The notes beneath the pieces were generated by a model that saw only the letters and a list, made by a program, of their open reading frames with translations, was not told where the DNA came from and ran no database searches. Source: Lama glama (lineage: Eukaryota). From it: a stretch of 64,000 bases of DNA. Positions 36,550 through 49,450 of this stretch are shown one piece after another (position 1 is the first letter of the stretch; every line of letters begins with the position of its first letter). The translations under genes and the position numbers were made by a program. Location: assembly GCA_028534125.1 (NCBI GenBank), contig CM052818.1:15316001-15380000 (forward strand), written 5' to 3'.

Positions 36550-36957
36550 GGCAGACCTCATTTTGTGGTGGTTCACTTTCTTGTGCTTCATGGACATTGT
36601 GTTTTTCAAAGATTGGTGGTTTATGGCAACCCTGAATCAAGCAAGTCTATCGGCACCCATTTTTCCATCATTTGCTCACTTTGTGTCTTTGTGTCACACA
36701 GTTTGGTAATTCTTAATATTCCAAACCCTCCACCAGCAAAAAGATTATGACTTGCTGAAGGCTCAGATGGTAGTTAGCATTTTTTAGCAATAAAGTGCTT
36801 TTTAATTAAGGTATGTACTTTTTTTTAGACATATTACATACTCAACATACTATAGGATAGTGTAATCATAACTTTTATATGCACTGAGAAACCAAAATAT
36901 TTTGTGATATTTTCTTTATTGTGGTGGTCTGGAATAGCAGTCTCTGAGGTATGCCTG
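36548..36957. mobile_element. Tigger1-derived non-autonomous MITE (Tigger1a_Art-like)
   Basis: TIRs CAGGCAGACCTC / GAGGTATGCCTG. The Tigger1 5' end (GGCAACCCTG..TCAAGCAAGTCTATCGGC) is joined to the 3' end (CCACCAGCAAAAAGATTATGACTTGCTGAAGGCTCAGATG). Confidence 0.9.
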
Positions 36958-37237
36958 AACCTGATGATTTTCATTTTCTTTGTGAAATACTTGGCAAGAG
37001 CATCCTCTGAAAGTAAAGGGGGTGGAGGTGGAGGTGGAGCTGGAGGTTAAAAGAGAGGAGAGGAAATATAGAAAATTGTTTTATGTTTCTTTAATAAAAT
37101 GTTTGCATAAGACTTCTCACTAATTCAAACTGACCTTTCTTCTGGGGAGTAATAAGATTGTGTGAAATTTTAAATTAATACATTTTAAAATACACTACCA
37201 TTTATATCCCATTGTAACAATGTAGGGTTTAAACCAA

Positions 37238-37657
37238 TGTGATGGTCATTTTTACATGTCAACTTGGCTGGGCTATGGTGCCCAGATATTAGGTCAAACA
37301 TTATTTTGGATGTTTCTTTGAAGGTGTTTTTTTTAGATGAGATTAATATTTAAGTTTGTGGCTTTGAATAAAGCAGATTATGCTCTGTAATGTGGGTGGG
37401 CCTCAACCAATCAGTTGAAGACCTTAGTGGAACAAAGATTGATCTCCCCTGAGCAGGAAGGAATTCTGATAACAGATGGCTTTCTGCAGCTCTTTCTTGG
37501 GTCTCTGGCCTGTTGGTTGACACTTCAGATCCTGGACTTACCAAGCCTTCACAACCTTGTGAGCCAATTTCTTAAATCCTTCTTTCTTTCTTTCTCTCTC
37601 CCTCCCTCCCTCAGTCTTTCTCTCTCTCCATTTCTTTTTATTACCCTGTTTAATACG
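37238..37657 (+). mobile_element. ERVL solo LTR (MLT2B-like) with perfect 5-bp TSD
   Basis: TGTGATGGTCATTTTTACATGTCAACTTGGCTGGGCTA...GTGGGTGGGCCTCAACCAATCAGTTGAAG...TAATACG, flanked by ACCAA (37233-37237) and ACCAA (37658-37662). Confidence 0.93.
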
Positions 37658-37689
37658 ACCAACAAGTATATGTTCAATATTTCTTATTT

Positions 37690-38100
37690 GTAAACAAAGT
37701 ATTATAATTTTTAAAGAAAATAACTTACACTAGATATAAAAATTCAAATAATATAGAGAAGTAAAAGCAAAATGTAAGAACAACACCAAATAACAAGACC
37801 CTGTGTCAACTACTGTTACTATTTTGTTGAACATCTTTTTGGAATGTTCTCTCTTGTCTCTACATTCTTGATGGCCTACTTTTCTTCAGTCAGCGATCTG
37901 TCATGAGCTCCTCTCTGTAACAGTACACAGAGGTAATTTAAAATGAAGGATACCATTTCATGGACATGTAAGTTCTTCCCAATTTTTGATAGGGTATGCA
38001 TGAGTGGCTGCTGTGAAGGCCTATACCCTAAAATTACATTTTCCTCTTATGTGTTAATCTCCTTAGGCTGAAGTCTCTCAAGAGGGATTTCTGGATAAGA
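37690..38100 (-). mobile_element. Ancient L1ME-type 3' fragment
   Basis: AAAATTCAAATAATATAGAGAAGT, ACTACTGTTACTATTTTGTTGAACATC; heavily diverged. Confidence 0.5.
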
Positions 38101-38971
38101 TTGTTTTTTAAATGAGAAAACTCAGGGTCAGAAAGATTTTTCAGGTGTCACAAAAAGAGTATAAGTTTGATTAGAACTCACAGCCAAGGTCTCTCAAGTT
38201 TTTTGCCTAGACTACTAAGGAGTTTTTTCTTAATGTATGTCTCACTGAAAAAGTTCCATTCACTGTAGCATATTTATGTAGTCTTCTGAGACCATGGCTT
38301 TGACAGAGCCTCAGATTTTATTTAGTGTAATCACCTATCAGAAGAAAGAGGTAAATCTGTTGATGGAAGTGGTTTCTTAGAGAATTTTATGTATCTATTA
38401 AAAGATTATAGAAATCAGAAGAGTTATTTAGGAGCCTCTTTTAGACTGAATGCATGTGGAGCTACTGGGTGGCTGTCTTTTGATCGATTGCTTTGGTGCA
38501 ACCAACATGCTTGATACATAGATCTGATTACCAGTGCTTGCTGTTGGGGAAGTAAACTTCCGTGAAACAATGACATTCATATGGAGAAAGGCCAGAGGGT
38601 CTGTTCACAACTGACATATGGGGACTTATGAACAAGTTTTCTGTCTTAATCAGGATTTTGATGATACTGAATAGGATATCTTGCATATCATTTGATCAGA
38701 TACTCAACATGTTGTAAAAACTTCATCTTTCTAAGTACTTTTACTCTTCTAAATAAAATGATCTGGGTACCCAACCACCAACTTACTTGGTTGATGGCCA
38801 ATAAATATTTTTCGAAAGAAGGAAGAAATGAATGAATCTGGTAAGGCCCAAGTTATCTATATTCATGTATAACATTAACACAAATGTATTGGTCTTTCTT
38901 GTAATTGAGAGTTTAGTAGTAAACATATGTATCTTTCCTTTGGGAGATAGAACTACAGTTAGTTTACAGGC

Positions 38972-39170
38972 CTGCGCTATTCAATATGATAGCCACTAGC
39001 CATATAGGGCTATTTAAATTTGAGTTAATGAAAGTTTAAAATTCAGTTTTCCAGTCACAACAGCTACATTTCAAGGGCTCAGTTCCCTCATAGGGCTAGT
39101 GGCTACCATATTGAACAGCACAGATATCAAGTATCTCCATTATTGCAGAAAATTCTGTTGCACAAGCCTG
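38972..39170. mobile_element. MER3 hAT-Charlie MITE
   Basis: GCGCTATTCAATATGATAGCCACTAGCCATAT...GGCTAGTGGCTACCATATTGAACAGCACAG is the internal palindrome typical of MER3. Confidence 0.9.
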
Positions 39171-39276
39171 TTGTATGTTATGCTCAACTATTAATAATTT
39201 CTTTATATAGAAAATGAAAGGGAATCTTAATGAAGCTGTGGCAACACAGTTAATCACTGACAATGAGTTGCTTTTT

Positions 39277-41579
39277 GTTATTGAAAGATACAGTTGATAT
39301 ACCATATTATGTTAGTTTCTGGTATACAATGTAGTGATTCCACATTTAAATACATGACAAAATGATCACCACAGTAAGTCTAGTTACCATCTGTCCCCAT
39401 ACAAAGCTATTAGATACCACTGGCGGTATTCCCTCTGCTGTACAATACATCCCATGACTGACTTACTTTATACCTGGAAGTTTTTGCCTCTTAATTACCT
39501 TTACTTATTTCACCCATTTTCCCACCCCTCCCATCTGACAACCACACGTTTGTTCTCTGCATTTATGAGTCCTTTTTTGTTTTTTTCAGATTCCTCAAAA
39601 AGTAAATTAAATGATACTTGTCTTTCTCTGTCTCACTTATTTTACTTAGCATAATACTCTCTAGATCCATCCATCCACATTGTTGCAAGTGGCAAGATTT
39701 TATTCTTTTTCTATGGCTGAGTAGTGTTGCACTGTATGTATGTGTAGATGAATGGATAAAGAGGATGTGATATATATTCATGTACTGATGCACATTTAGG
39801 TTGCTACTATATATTGGCTATTTTAAATAGGGCTTCAATGAGCATGGGGGTGCATATAGCTTTTCAAATTAGTGTTTTTGTTTTCTTCGAGTAAACACTT
39901 GAAGTGGAATTGCTGTATCATATGGCAGTTCTATTTTAATTTTTTGAGAGACCTCTATACTGTTTTCCATAGTGCTTGCACCAATTTACAATCCCACCAC
40001 CAGGGCACAAGGGTTCCTTTTCCTCTACATCCTCACCAACACTTGTTATTTGTGTTCTTTTTGATAATAGCCATTCTGAAAGGTGTTAGGTGATACCTCA
40101 TTGTGGTTTTGATTTGAGTTTCCCTGATGATTAGTGATGTTGAGCATATTCTTACGTGCCTGTTGGCCAACTGTATGTGATTGTTTGCAAAAGTGTCTGT
40201 TCAGGTTTTCTCATTTTTTAGTTGGATTGTTTGTTTTTTTTGATAATGAGTTGTATGAGTTCCTCATATTTTGGACATTAACCCTTAATTGAACATACTG
40301 TTTTGCAAATATTTTCTCCCATTCAGTAGGCTTTCTTTTTGTTTTGTTTATGGTTTCCTTTGCTGTGAAAAAGCTTTTTAGTTTGATGTAGTCTCATTTG
40401 TTTATTTTTGCTTTTGTTTACCTTGCCTGAGGAGACAGATTCAAAAAAAATATTAAGACTGGTGTCAAAGAGGTTACTGCCTATGGGAGTTTGTGTCTTA
40501 CATTTACNNNNNNNNNNNNNNNNNNNNNNNNNNNNNNNNNNNNNNNNNNNNNNNNNNNNNNNNNNNNNNNNNNNNNNNNNNNNNNNNNNNNNNNNNNNNN
40601 NNNNNNNNNNNNNNNNNNNNNNNNNNNNNNNNNNNNNNNNNNNNNNNNNNNNNNNNNNNNNNNNNNNNNNNNNNNNNNNNNNNNNNNNNNNNNNNNNNNN
40701 NNNNNNNNNNNNNNNNNNNNNNNNNNNNNNNNNNNNNNNNNNNNNNNNNNNNNNNNNNNNNNNNNNNNNNNNNNNNNNNNNNNNNNNNNNNNNNNNNNNN
40801 NNNNNNNNNNNNNNNNNNNNNNNNNNNNNNNNNNNNNNNNNNNNNNNNNNNNNNNNNNNNNNNNNNNNNNNNNNNNNNNNNNNNNNNNNNNNNNNNNNNN
40901 NNNNNNNNNNNNNNNNNNNNNNNNNNNNNNNNNNNNNNNNNNNNNNNNNNNNNNNNNNNNNNNNNNNNNNNNNNNNNNNNNNNNNNNNNNNNNNNNNNNN
41001 NNNNNNNTTTTTTTTTTAAATCATAGATGGATGTTGAATTTTGTCAAAAGCTTTTTCTGCATCTATTGAGGTGATCATATGATTTTTATCCTTTGTTTTG
41101 TTAATGTAGTACGTCACATTGATTTCTGTTTTTGAACAATTCTTGCATCCCTGGAATACATCCCTTCTGATCATGGGATATGATCCTTTTAATGTATTGC
41201 TTGTTGAATTTGGTTTGCTAATATTTTGTTGATGATTTTTGTATCTATACTTATCAGTGACATTGGCCTGGAATTTTCTTTTTTTGTGTGTGGTACCTTT
41301 GTCTGATTTTGGCATTAGAGTGATGCTAGCCTTGTAGAATGAGTTTGTAAGGATTCCTTCCTCTGCAATTTTTGGCATAGTTTGAGAAGGATAGGTGTTA
41401 ACTCTTCTTTAAATGTTTTTCAGAATTCATTTGTGAAGCCATCCTTTCCTGGACTTTCGTGTGTTGGGAGTTTTTTGATTACTGATTGAATTTCATTACT
41501 AGTAACTGGTCTATCAAGATTTTTTATTTCTTGATTCATTCTTGGAAGAGTGTATATTCCTAGGAATCTACCCATTTCT
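39277..41579 (-). mobile_element. 5'-truncated L1 (ORF2 RT region to 3'UTR), spanning a gap, with 11-bp TSD
   Basis: Minus ORF 41016-41378 contains [13 protein letters not shown] and HMITSIDAEKAFDKIQHP (L1 RT). The ORF2 C-terminus and 3'UTR lie at 39277-40507. TSD AGTTGCTTTTT at 39266-39276 and 41580-41590; the target reads TT/AAAA on the minus strand. Confidence 0.95.
40508..41007. other. Assembly gap (500 N)
   Basis: Run of exactly 500 N. Confidence 1.
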
Positions 41580-42894
41580 AGTTGCTTTTTTTAATTAAAA
41601 AAATTTTTAAGCGGTTGTTGTTGAGACTGTTGATGTTTACACATGTGATTAACCATCTTTAGAGCTGGAAAATTTTTATTTTCTTTCCCCAATTTATATC
41701 ATATCTACCCACACTTGTTATAATTTTTCTCTTTTATCTAACCAGGCTTCCCCTAAATATGTTTGTCACCAATCCTCAAAGTGTCCAGTACAACCACAGA
41801 AGAGGCTTAGCTCTTTACATATCATAAGAAACCAGAATATGAGTTCACAGGGCCCATTCTAGTCCGCTAAGTTTTTTTTTTCCATATGGCCCTTTATAGT
41901 CACCCAATTTGAAATGTAGTTTATTTAATACAGATACAAAAATACATTTTCTTTACCCTGGAAGATTTAAGTCATAATTGGCATAGTCAGAAAAGATCCA
42001 AAAGTGTAAGACTGTTTGGCAGAGACTTTCTTCCTAATTATGGATGTGAGCTTCTAAGCAGATCCTGGCACTCTCACTGCACCCAGGTAGACAGATACTG
42101 TCTTCTTTGTCCAAGATTGCATCTTATTTACTTTTCTTTCTCGTGTTTAAAAAAAAGATTCTGTTAGTGTTAAAGCCAATTTATGATCAAATTCACTGTT
42201 TTTCAAAAAGAAAACAAAATTGAAAATGTCTCTTGAATTAATTTTGAGAAGAGTTCATGTTTTCTAGCTGACATGTTTTTGTCCTTCCTTTTTCCAAATT
42301 TTCAGCACAAAGAGGTCATTCATACTAAATGTATGAAGAAAAAGGATTTTAATTTATTTTTATACTTTATATTTTGTTTTGGCTCAAACAAAACACAAAT
42401 CATTTGTCAAGGAACAAAAGAATAAGGAAATTAAAATTAGCTTGCATGGTAAACAAGTAGTAATTAAAAACTTCTCTGCCTGATTTATTGTACTTTTTTT
42501 TTTTTAATGTTGTAATCATCTTTCAGCAATTCACATTCCCTTGTGGAGTTTTTCAGAAAGCAACACTAAGAAAAGTGTTAATGAATTTAAGAAGGCTCTG
42601 TCTTCAGTGAGAACCATTTTATTTTGTTGCCAGCTTTATTTTCCAGTTTGAATCAGAGATGACCAAAATGAATTATTGATATGGTCACTGATTTTGCCAA
42701 AGGCATTTGTTAAAATTACTTTCCTTTTGGGACCTGAGCTTATTCCCTGTACAAGTTTCCAAGTGAAATTAGGGAATGAGTGAATGTGTTATTTTTTCAT
42801 TCTAAATTTGTCCCTTGGCTTATACCAATAGAAGTTGGGCATGCATGCGCAGACATTGACTTCCAAGAATACTCTGTGCAATGCTCCACCTACT

Positions 42895-43120
42895 ATAATG
42901 GAAAAAGTGTAGTCTTTGAAATCAGACTTGTTTTGCTTTCTGTTGGCTGTTCAACCTTGAATAAATTATTTAATTTCTCTGAACTTCTTTTCTCTTGTCT
43001 CTAGAATAGGGATGGTGTATTTACCTTGTAGGCCTGGCAAGATGATTGTCCATAATAAATCCAGTGCATCTGAACAGCAGCCGGTCAGTAGTATGTGCTC
43101 AGTAAAGGAATGTTGCTATT
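42895..43120 (+). mobile_element. MIR SINE
   Basis: ATAATGGAAAAAG...CTTTGAAATCAGAC...ACCTTGAATAAATTATTTAATTTCTCTGA...GTGCTCAGTAAA. Confidence 0.75.
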
Positions 43121-43689
43121 TTTAAAGAGACTGACTTTATACATTGAGATTGAGCCTATAATAGTACAGAAGATTATCTTTTCCCCGCAAAGGTTTCTTT
43201 TTAAAAATTTGAAATGCTTTCATTATAGTGGCTGGGAAAATGGTTGAGGCATACAATGTCACTTTTCCTGGTTCCTTTCCAAGAATCTGAAGCTAATATT
43301 TTAAGCTGGGAAGAATAATTAATGACTTGATACTTCAGGAGGCTATTTACACATTTATTGTGGAAAACACCAATTTGTTAATTTAAATGAGATTCTGTAT
43401 AGTGATTACAATCATTCTTACATGAATGTATTGACTGAATCTAGGTCCTGGCTGACAAGTGAAATTGGGGCACATTAATATAAATTGATGACCACTGAGG
43501 ACTGAATCAAAAGGGCAGCAGTGTTACTTAAAATAAATGATTAGAGTTGATGAGCGAAGTGTGAATAGGATACTGATTAATGTATGTATTGGTCGTTTAA
43601 ACTTGTAGCTATTAGCTTTTAGCTCTGTTATAGCTATTTGAAAAATACAGTTTAGGTACAGGTTTGTGTTTTGAAGCAATGGTACACAT

Positions 43690-44935
43690 ATGCTGGAACT
43701 GAACAGTTAAGTAAGTGGCTGGTGGATGGTTTCTCTCTGCTGTTGTGGGAGACTATATAGACAATCAATGAGAAAAAGGCTAGAATGATCCAGCTGGTAG
43801 GGGATTAGAATTAGAGACATCAGAGTGAATGCATGTTTTGCTTACTATAAATATATATTGACATACTTGTACAGATACGTGTATATACATGGTTTAGTAT
43901 ACGTACATCTACTTTCCTGTTCTGTCAGCTAAGAGGCCCTAGATGCAATTATACCCCAGTAGTAATGAGCACACCTAATGCCCAGACTTTTGTTTCAAAT
44001 ACCATTCTCCAATAAAAGGGCTCCTTGGAGAAATGGCTAATTCAAGGGCTGGAAAAGGAATATACCAGATGAGCCGAGTATAACTTGTAGTACTATAAAG
44101 TAAGAAATGCTCAAAAAAAAAGAAAAAAAGCAAAACAAATGAACAAACAAAAAACCAAAAGTACCCTGGACACATGTCAAAGGGTCATAGGAGCCATTTG
44201 AAAGAGTTCCCAATGGCCAAAGCTAAATAAATTGAGCAACAAAATAAGTAGAGTAGTACTAATTTGTATCCTAAAGTATAAAATATATATCTCCAAGTCC
44301 ATACTGATATAAATACAAGGTTGAATAAAGAAAGAGAATTGACAGATCTCTTGTATACAAGACTTCCAAGCAATTTATGTAGGTAACTCTGTTCTCAAAA
44401 TGTGGAGCATAGCTCTCCATGCCATAAGTATAGGTTGTGCCTGGTGACTTCTTCCAAGTGCACAGTAAAGCACTCTTACAGTAGAGAAACAAGACAAACA
44501 CTACCTCAGCCAGGTGCTCAAGGTGAACATCAGCAGTGATAAGTCATCTTGATAGTGTGTACTCTTGATATGATATGATGTAAATGGCACTTCACCTCTG
44601 TGACCTTCCGGGGTAAAGAAAATATGTTTTTATATCTGTATATAAATCCATAACCCCAGTCTAATTAGGGGAAAAACATCAGACAAATCCAAGTAGAGAG
44701 GTACTCTACAAAATTCTCACCTGTCCTCCTCAAAACTGTCAAGGTCATCAAAAACAAAGAAAGTCTGAGAAATTGTCTGAGTCCAGGGGAAGCAGTGGAA
44801 ACATGATGACTAAATGCAATGTCATGTCCAGAGTGGGATCCTGAAACAGAAAAGGGATATTAGACAAAAACTAAAAAAATCTGAATAAAATATGGTCTTG
44901 AGTTAGTGATAATATATGGATCTAATAGATAATAA
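43690..44935 (+). mobile_element. L1MC/L1MD-type 3'UTR
   Basis: AATGAGCACACCTAATGCCCAGA, CTCCTTGGAGAAATGGCT, ACTACCTCAGCCAGGTG..CAAGGTGAACATC, CTCCTCAAAACTGTCAAGGTCATCAAAAACAA. Confidence 0.9.
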
Positions 44936-45289
44936 TGTGTTGGAGCCAGTCATCTCAGATAACTGGTGTCCAGATGGAGGGTGTAGCTGGCATACTTGAA
45001 CTGGTAACTTTCAGTTGATATAAGGCATGTAATTTCCCCTAAAAGGATGTTGTTGCTATTATCTTTAGAACTTTGTAGGTTTTAAAAAGACTACCCTTTG
45101 TTCTCTTTAGTTCCAAGTAATTTAAAATAAATTATAATGATCTCCTAGTTTGATAATGTTTTCATTAATTTTTTTCATTTTTTTGCAAAATGAATGAAAA
45201 CAAGTTTTTCTCAAAAACCTGTGGACATTCTAGTAACTTGTCTACCCTATGGTTTCTTCATAGTTATGTTACATATGTTTAACAAGTTA

Positions 45290-45658
45290 AACACCAAACT
45301 GAATGTTTGTGTTCCCCTCCCACCACATTTATAATTTGGAGCCTAATCCCCACTGTGATAGTACTTAGACATGGGGCCATCGGGAAGGGATTAGGTCGGA
45401 AGGGTGGGGCCCTCGTGAATGAGATTAGTGTTCTTATAAAAGAGACCCCAGAGAGCTCCCTCAGCCCTTCCACTATGTGAGGGCACTAGGGGATGGCAGT
45501 AGTCTATGAACCAGGAAGCAAGTTCTAACCAGCCACTGAATATGCTGGTACCTTGATTTTAGACTTCCCACCACCCAGAACTGTGAGGAGTAAATTTCTG
45601 TTGTTAGTAAGTCCTCCAGTCTATGGAATTCTGCTATAAAATCTCGAACAGATTGACA
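45290..45658 (+). mobile_element. MaLR LTR (MLT1A0-like)
   Basis: CTGAATGTTTGTGTTCCCC...GGGTGGGGCCCTCGTGAATGAGATTAGTG..CTTATAAAAGAGACCCCAGAGAGCTCCC...CCAGAACTGTGAG. Confidence 0.92.
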
Positions 45659-45824
45659 CCAGCTATCCTAGGTGTTCCATTTCAAAATGTTTTCCAGCCA
45701 ATAAGTCTCATTTGAAAAAAAAATATTTTCCTCTGTTTTGGCACTATTTAAAATATTCATTTATTTTAATTTGATAATCTAAGTTTGCCTTGAAGAAGAA
45801 CAAGAAGGAATTCAACTGCACTGC

Positions 45825-46100
45825 TGAATTTAATTCAGGAAAATTTATCAAACACATACAACCCTAGGCGTTTGATATGGCGGAGTGAACAAGACAGAAT
45901 TAGTCCTTTTCCTCATGGAGCTTCCATTCTAGTTGAGAACAAGACTTTGGAAAACCAAATACAATTCATGTAAGTGTTGTGGGTGAGAAAGTTTGAATGT
46001 CTAGGGACATCCGAAGGGTGGGGTTAGGGGCAGGATCTAAACCAGTCTTAAGGAAGTAAGTAAGGACGTTTAATCTGAGGATAATAGGCATTAACCAGGT
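45825..46100 (-). mobile_element. L2 3' fragment
   Basis: GTGAACAAGACAGA...CCTCATGGAGCTTCCATTCTAGT. Confidence 0.65.
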
Positions 46101-46970
46101 CAGTGTTTCTCACAAAGGCTGTTTTGGAAATCTCTGGGAATGTTTTAGGTTGTCACAGTAATGAGATTTGCTACTAGCATTTATTGTCTGGGTCCAAGGA
46201 TGACAGATGTATTGCAGTGTGTGGGATGGTTCCACAAAACAAATAATTAACTCCTTGCCTATATAACTTTCTAATGCCCCACTTGACATTTTTATATAGA
46301 TTGCACAGCTTGTCTGCAAGAATACCATACTACCTCATCATTCCTGCTTTGATAATCTATAATTTGTCTTGACTTGTTACTCATTTGTAAGTAAGACTGT
46401 TTCGCTCTTTCCCTTAGCAGTATAAATAAGTCCACTCTGTTATGATTAACCCTAATGCAGGTTTTTATTTGAGTGTCTACCTTTATCTTTGCTCTTTCAT
46501 TTTCTAGACTCTCCATACAAGTGACCTTTTAAATTCAAATTTACTCATCAATGTCAGGATAAAATATTAGTTTAGGTCTTGATGGCTTCCAACATAGCCC
46601 TGCTCAAGCATTTATGAACATGTAATATTTTATTATAAATTACTTTTCTCTTGTTTCTCCTTCATATTAAGCCTTGAGCTTATATACTATATTGAATTTT
46701 TAAAATTCATGTGTAAGAAGATGTGTATGATCTATGACTTTTGTTCCAGGAATCTAATGGGAAATTTATAAAATACTTGCTATCAGAAGAGAAGATGAGC
46801 TCTGACAGAGTTTGGGTTTGTCACTATAATAGGGGGTGCTTCCAGCCTCTGGCATGTGAGTGCCAGGGATGTGGAATATATTGCCGTACATGGGACCCTT
46901 CTCATTTCAGAAAAATCCTGCACTTCACAGAGATTTTAAAAATTTCGTTGGACTTCCACATAGGCTCAAT
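46101..46970. mobile_element. MER20/MER20B-like hAT-Charlie fragments (two copies, with an intervening L2-like piece)
   Basis: CAGTGTTTCTCA...TTTGGAAAT...GGTTGTCACA...TGCTACTAGCATTTA at 46101-46290 and a similar GGTTTGTCACT...GGGTGCTTCCAGC...CCAGGGATG at 46800-46970. Confidence 0.6.
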
Positions 46971-47834
46971 GGTTTCTATGCAAAAATATCATTCTCTCCT
47001 CTTGACAGTCTATAAACTCACTTTGACATACTATTTCTCTTTCAGTTGAGATTATCAGATACAAATATGTCTGGTATTATGACCCATTCTACTGTTAGAG
47101 TTTATTCTCCTGCCTCCTGGAACCCATGTATTTTCATTTTTCTATTCTTCAGTGTACAGAACAGCTTTTGATTGCCTTCTCTTAAATTCAAATGTACTAG
47201 TTAAAGTGAGTTTAAGCATCTGAGAGTCCTTCATCTTGTCTTCTAGTAGACAGGCACAGGCCTTTGAGTACCTTGAACATTATTTTCAGTTAATTTCTTT
47301 TATTTGTACTCTACATTAATATGTCTTTTGGCTAATATGTTTTTAAATAAAAGTGAAATATACATTTAATTTTTAAAATATTTAAACTTCTTGATAATAT
47401 GAAACACATGTCTTCAGGAATCTCAAGGAAGAATATTTTGGAACCTCAAATGAGAGAAACAGCATGTTCACTTTGCCTGAATTCAAAGAACTTAAAAAGT
47501 CCACTTTTACAAGCAATTCAGTAAGTTATAAAAGTTATACACCTGGATCTAGAACTTCCCCTTATCCAACCAAGGTTAAGTGAGGCCCAGTCCTCAACTC
47601 TGTCTCACGAGTAATAAAGGTCATGTCTACCACCACTCAACTTAGGACAGTCTCAGACCTAGAAATCCTGGTATCTGCCACATAAGGCCACTGTGTTAAG
47701 AGGGAAAAGCATCTTAATAGTTGCCACCTGGACAGAATTCTAGCAAGTCATCTTTAGCTCAGTGAAGCAGGAAATACATGTGTGCATCAAAATGCACCAT
47801 GTTGCAGGAGCCTTCATTTCAGTTGCCCCGGGGA

Positions 47835-47985
47835 GTGGAGTTAGATTTGGAAAGGACCTTTGGAGCGTATTTGCATAATCACCATATTCTACGGATGAGA
47901 AGACTGAGGCTTAGCAGGGAAACCAGTTCTCCTGCTGTGCCTAGTTTCCCTGATTCCAAAAGCCCTTTTCTTTCTACTCTTTGAA
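47835..47985 (-). mobile_element. MIR3/MIRc SINE
   Basis: TTAGATTTGGAAAGGACCTT...ACGGATGAGAAGACTGAGGCTTAG. Confidence 0.7.
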
Positions 47986-48227
47986 CACAACTACTTTATA
48001 AAGGTGTCACTGTAGAAAATGATGACAGAAGATAGAAATTGTTTTTTCCAGTAAAATCTTTTATGTGATTTAAAAAGTACTTTATGCTCACTGATGGAAG
48101 TTTAGAGAGGATGGAAAATACCAATAAATAAAAGACGTAGCTGGCTCCTTTCAGGCTCTCACCCAATTATTAACATTTTGGCACATCCTCCCTCCCCAGG
48201 CTTTCATATATATCAATTTTTAGATGA

Positions 48228-48780
48228 ATATATTCATCAATTATGCACCAGGCACTGTTCTAGGTGTTGGGAAGATTTTGGGGGTAAGACAGTCAGGGTT
48301 CTTGCTGTCATGGGGCTTAACCTTGAGTTAAGAAAGTCAACAAGTAATTAAATAATTGCAGGTGGGGATTAGCCTTATTAGAAAAATAAAACATAAAAGG
48401 AGGTGGTAAGATAGACATCTATGGGCAGTGGGCAGGGACCAGGGACAAGAGTGGGTTAAAAGAGGGAAAATAGGCTTGTTTGGGGAGGTGAATTTTTTTT
48501 GTAAGGCCTGGATAGGAAATAGCAGAGTCATCCTGAAGTGGGAACAAACCAGCTTGGTGTGCTTAAGGACCAGGAGAAAGGCCTGTTAGGCTGGATTATA
48601 GTGAGTGAAATGAAGGAAGAAATAAAGCTGAAAATGTAGGCAGGGGTGAGATTTTGCAGGGTCTTGTAGGCCTGGGAAGAATTTGGATTTTCTTTTAATT
48701 GTGATGGTAAGCTATTGGAAAATGACATAATTTGATTTCTGTTTAAAGAGTTTCATTTTGGTTGCTCTGTAGGAATGCAG
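48228..48780 (-). mobile_element. L2a 3' region
   Basis: ATGCACCAGGCACTGTTCTAGGTGTTGGG...GCAGGGTCTTGTAGGCC...TTTGGATTTTCTTTTAATTGTGATGGTAAGCTATTGGA. Confidence 0.8.
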
Positions 48781-48798
48781 CACAGAACACTAAGAACG

Positions 48799-49161
48799 TG
48801 TATTCGTCAGGACAGGCTAACTTTTATAACAAGTAGCTCTCCTATCTTGATGTCTATCCAATGGAAGGTCATTGCTTCTTCATTTCACAGGCCAGTACGG
48901 TTGGTGGCGGAAGGCCTTACTCCACATGTTTTTTTAAGGACTCAGGCTCATTTTATCATGTGATGCGACGATATTAATTCAACACATGGTCTCCTAGATC
49001 TTTGCAGAAGGAGGAAGAGAATGTATGGGTGTTCAGCAGGGGACCTGGAAGTGGACCGCAAACAGCCACATAGCATTGGCCAGAATTCAGTCACAAGGTT
49101 TACCTTCAAAGAACCTGGGAAATGGAGTCTTCCTTCTGTGTCTTTCCTTATCTCTGCCACA
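48799..49161 (-). mobile_element. MaLR LTR (MLT1I/J-like)
   Basis: TGTATTCGTCAGGACAGGCTA...CATTGGCCAGAATTCAGTCACA...CTGGGAAATG...TCTCTGCCACA with TG/CA termini. Confidence 0.8.
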
Positions 49162-49219
49162 CACAGAACAGTTGGCAGTTGCATCAGTTCAGGCGAGAAG
49201 CTATAATGGTTTGGGCTAT

Positions 49220-49450
49220 TGGTTCATTAAACAAATATTTACTGAGCACCTTGTATGGACTAAACACTGTTCTGGATGCTGGACACATAGTGGAGAATAA
49301 GACAAAATTTCTGCCCTCGTGGAGCTAATGCTTTAGTGATAGAGATGCAACTACAACAACAATGGTGGCAAACTACAGACACACACACACACGCACACAC
49401 GATGTTAGAAAGTAACTGTGAAGAATAAAGTAAGATCGAGTGATAGTGGG
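49220..49450 (-). mobile_element. L2 3' terminus
   Basis: TTCATTAAACAAATATTTACTGAGCACCT...CACTGTTCTGGATGCTGG...CTGCCCTCGTGGAGCT. Confidence 0.85.

Noticed and set aside
38972..39125. Long hairpin as a candidate miRNA or structured ncRNA
   Set aside because: It is explained by the internal inverted repeat of the MER3 MITE.
40408..41069. ORFs of 177-203 aa in the ORF track
   Set aside because: They span the N gap, and the flanks are antisense L1 sequence.
47865..47880. Octamer motif ATTTGCAT as a POU-factor enhancer
   Set aside because: It is a single 8-mer inside a decayed MIR with no adjacent SOX site, and is expected by chance.
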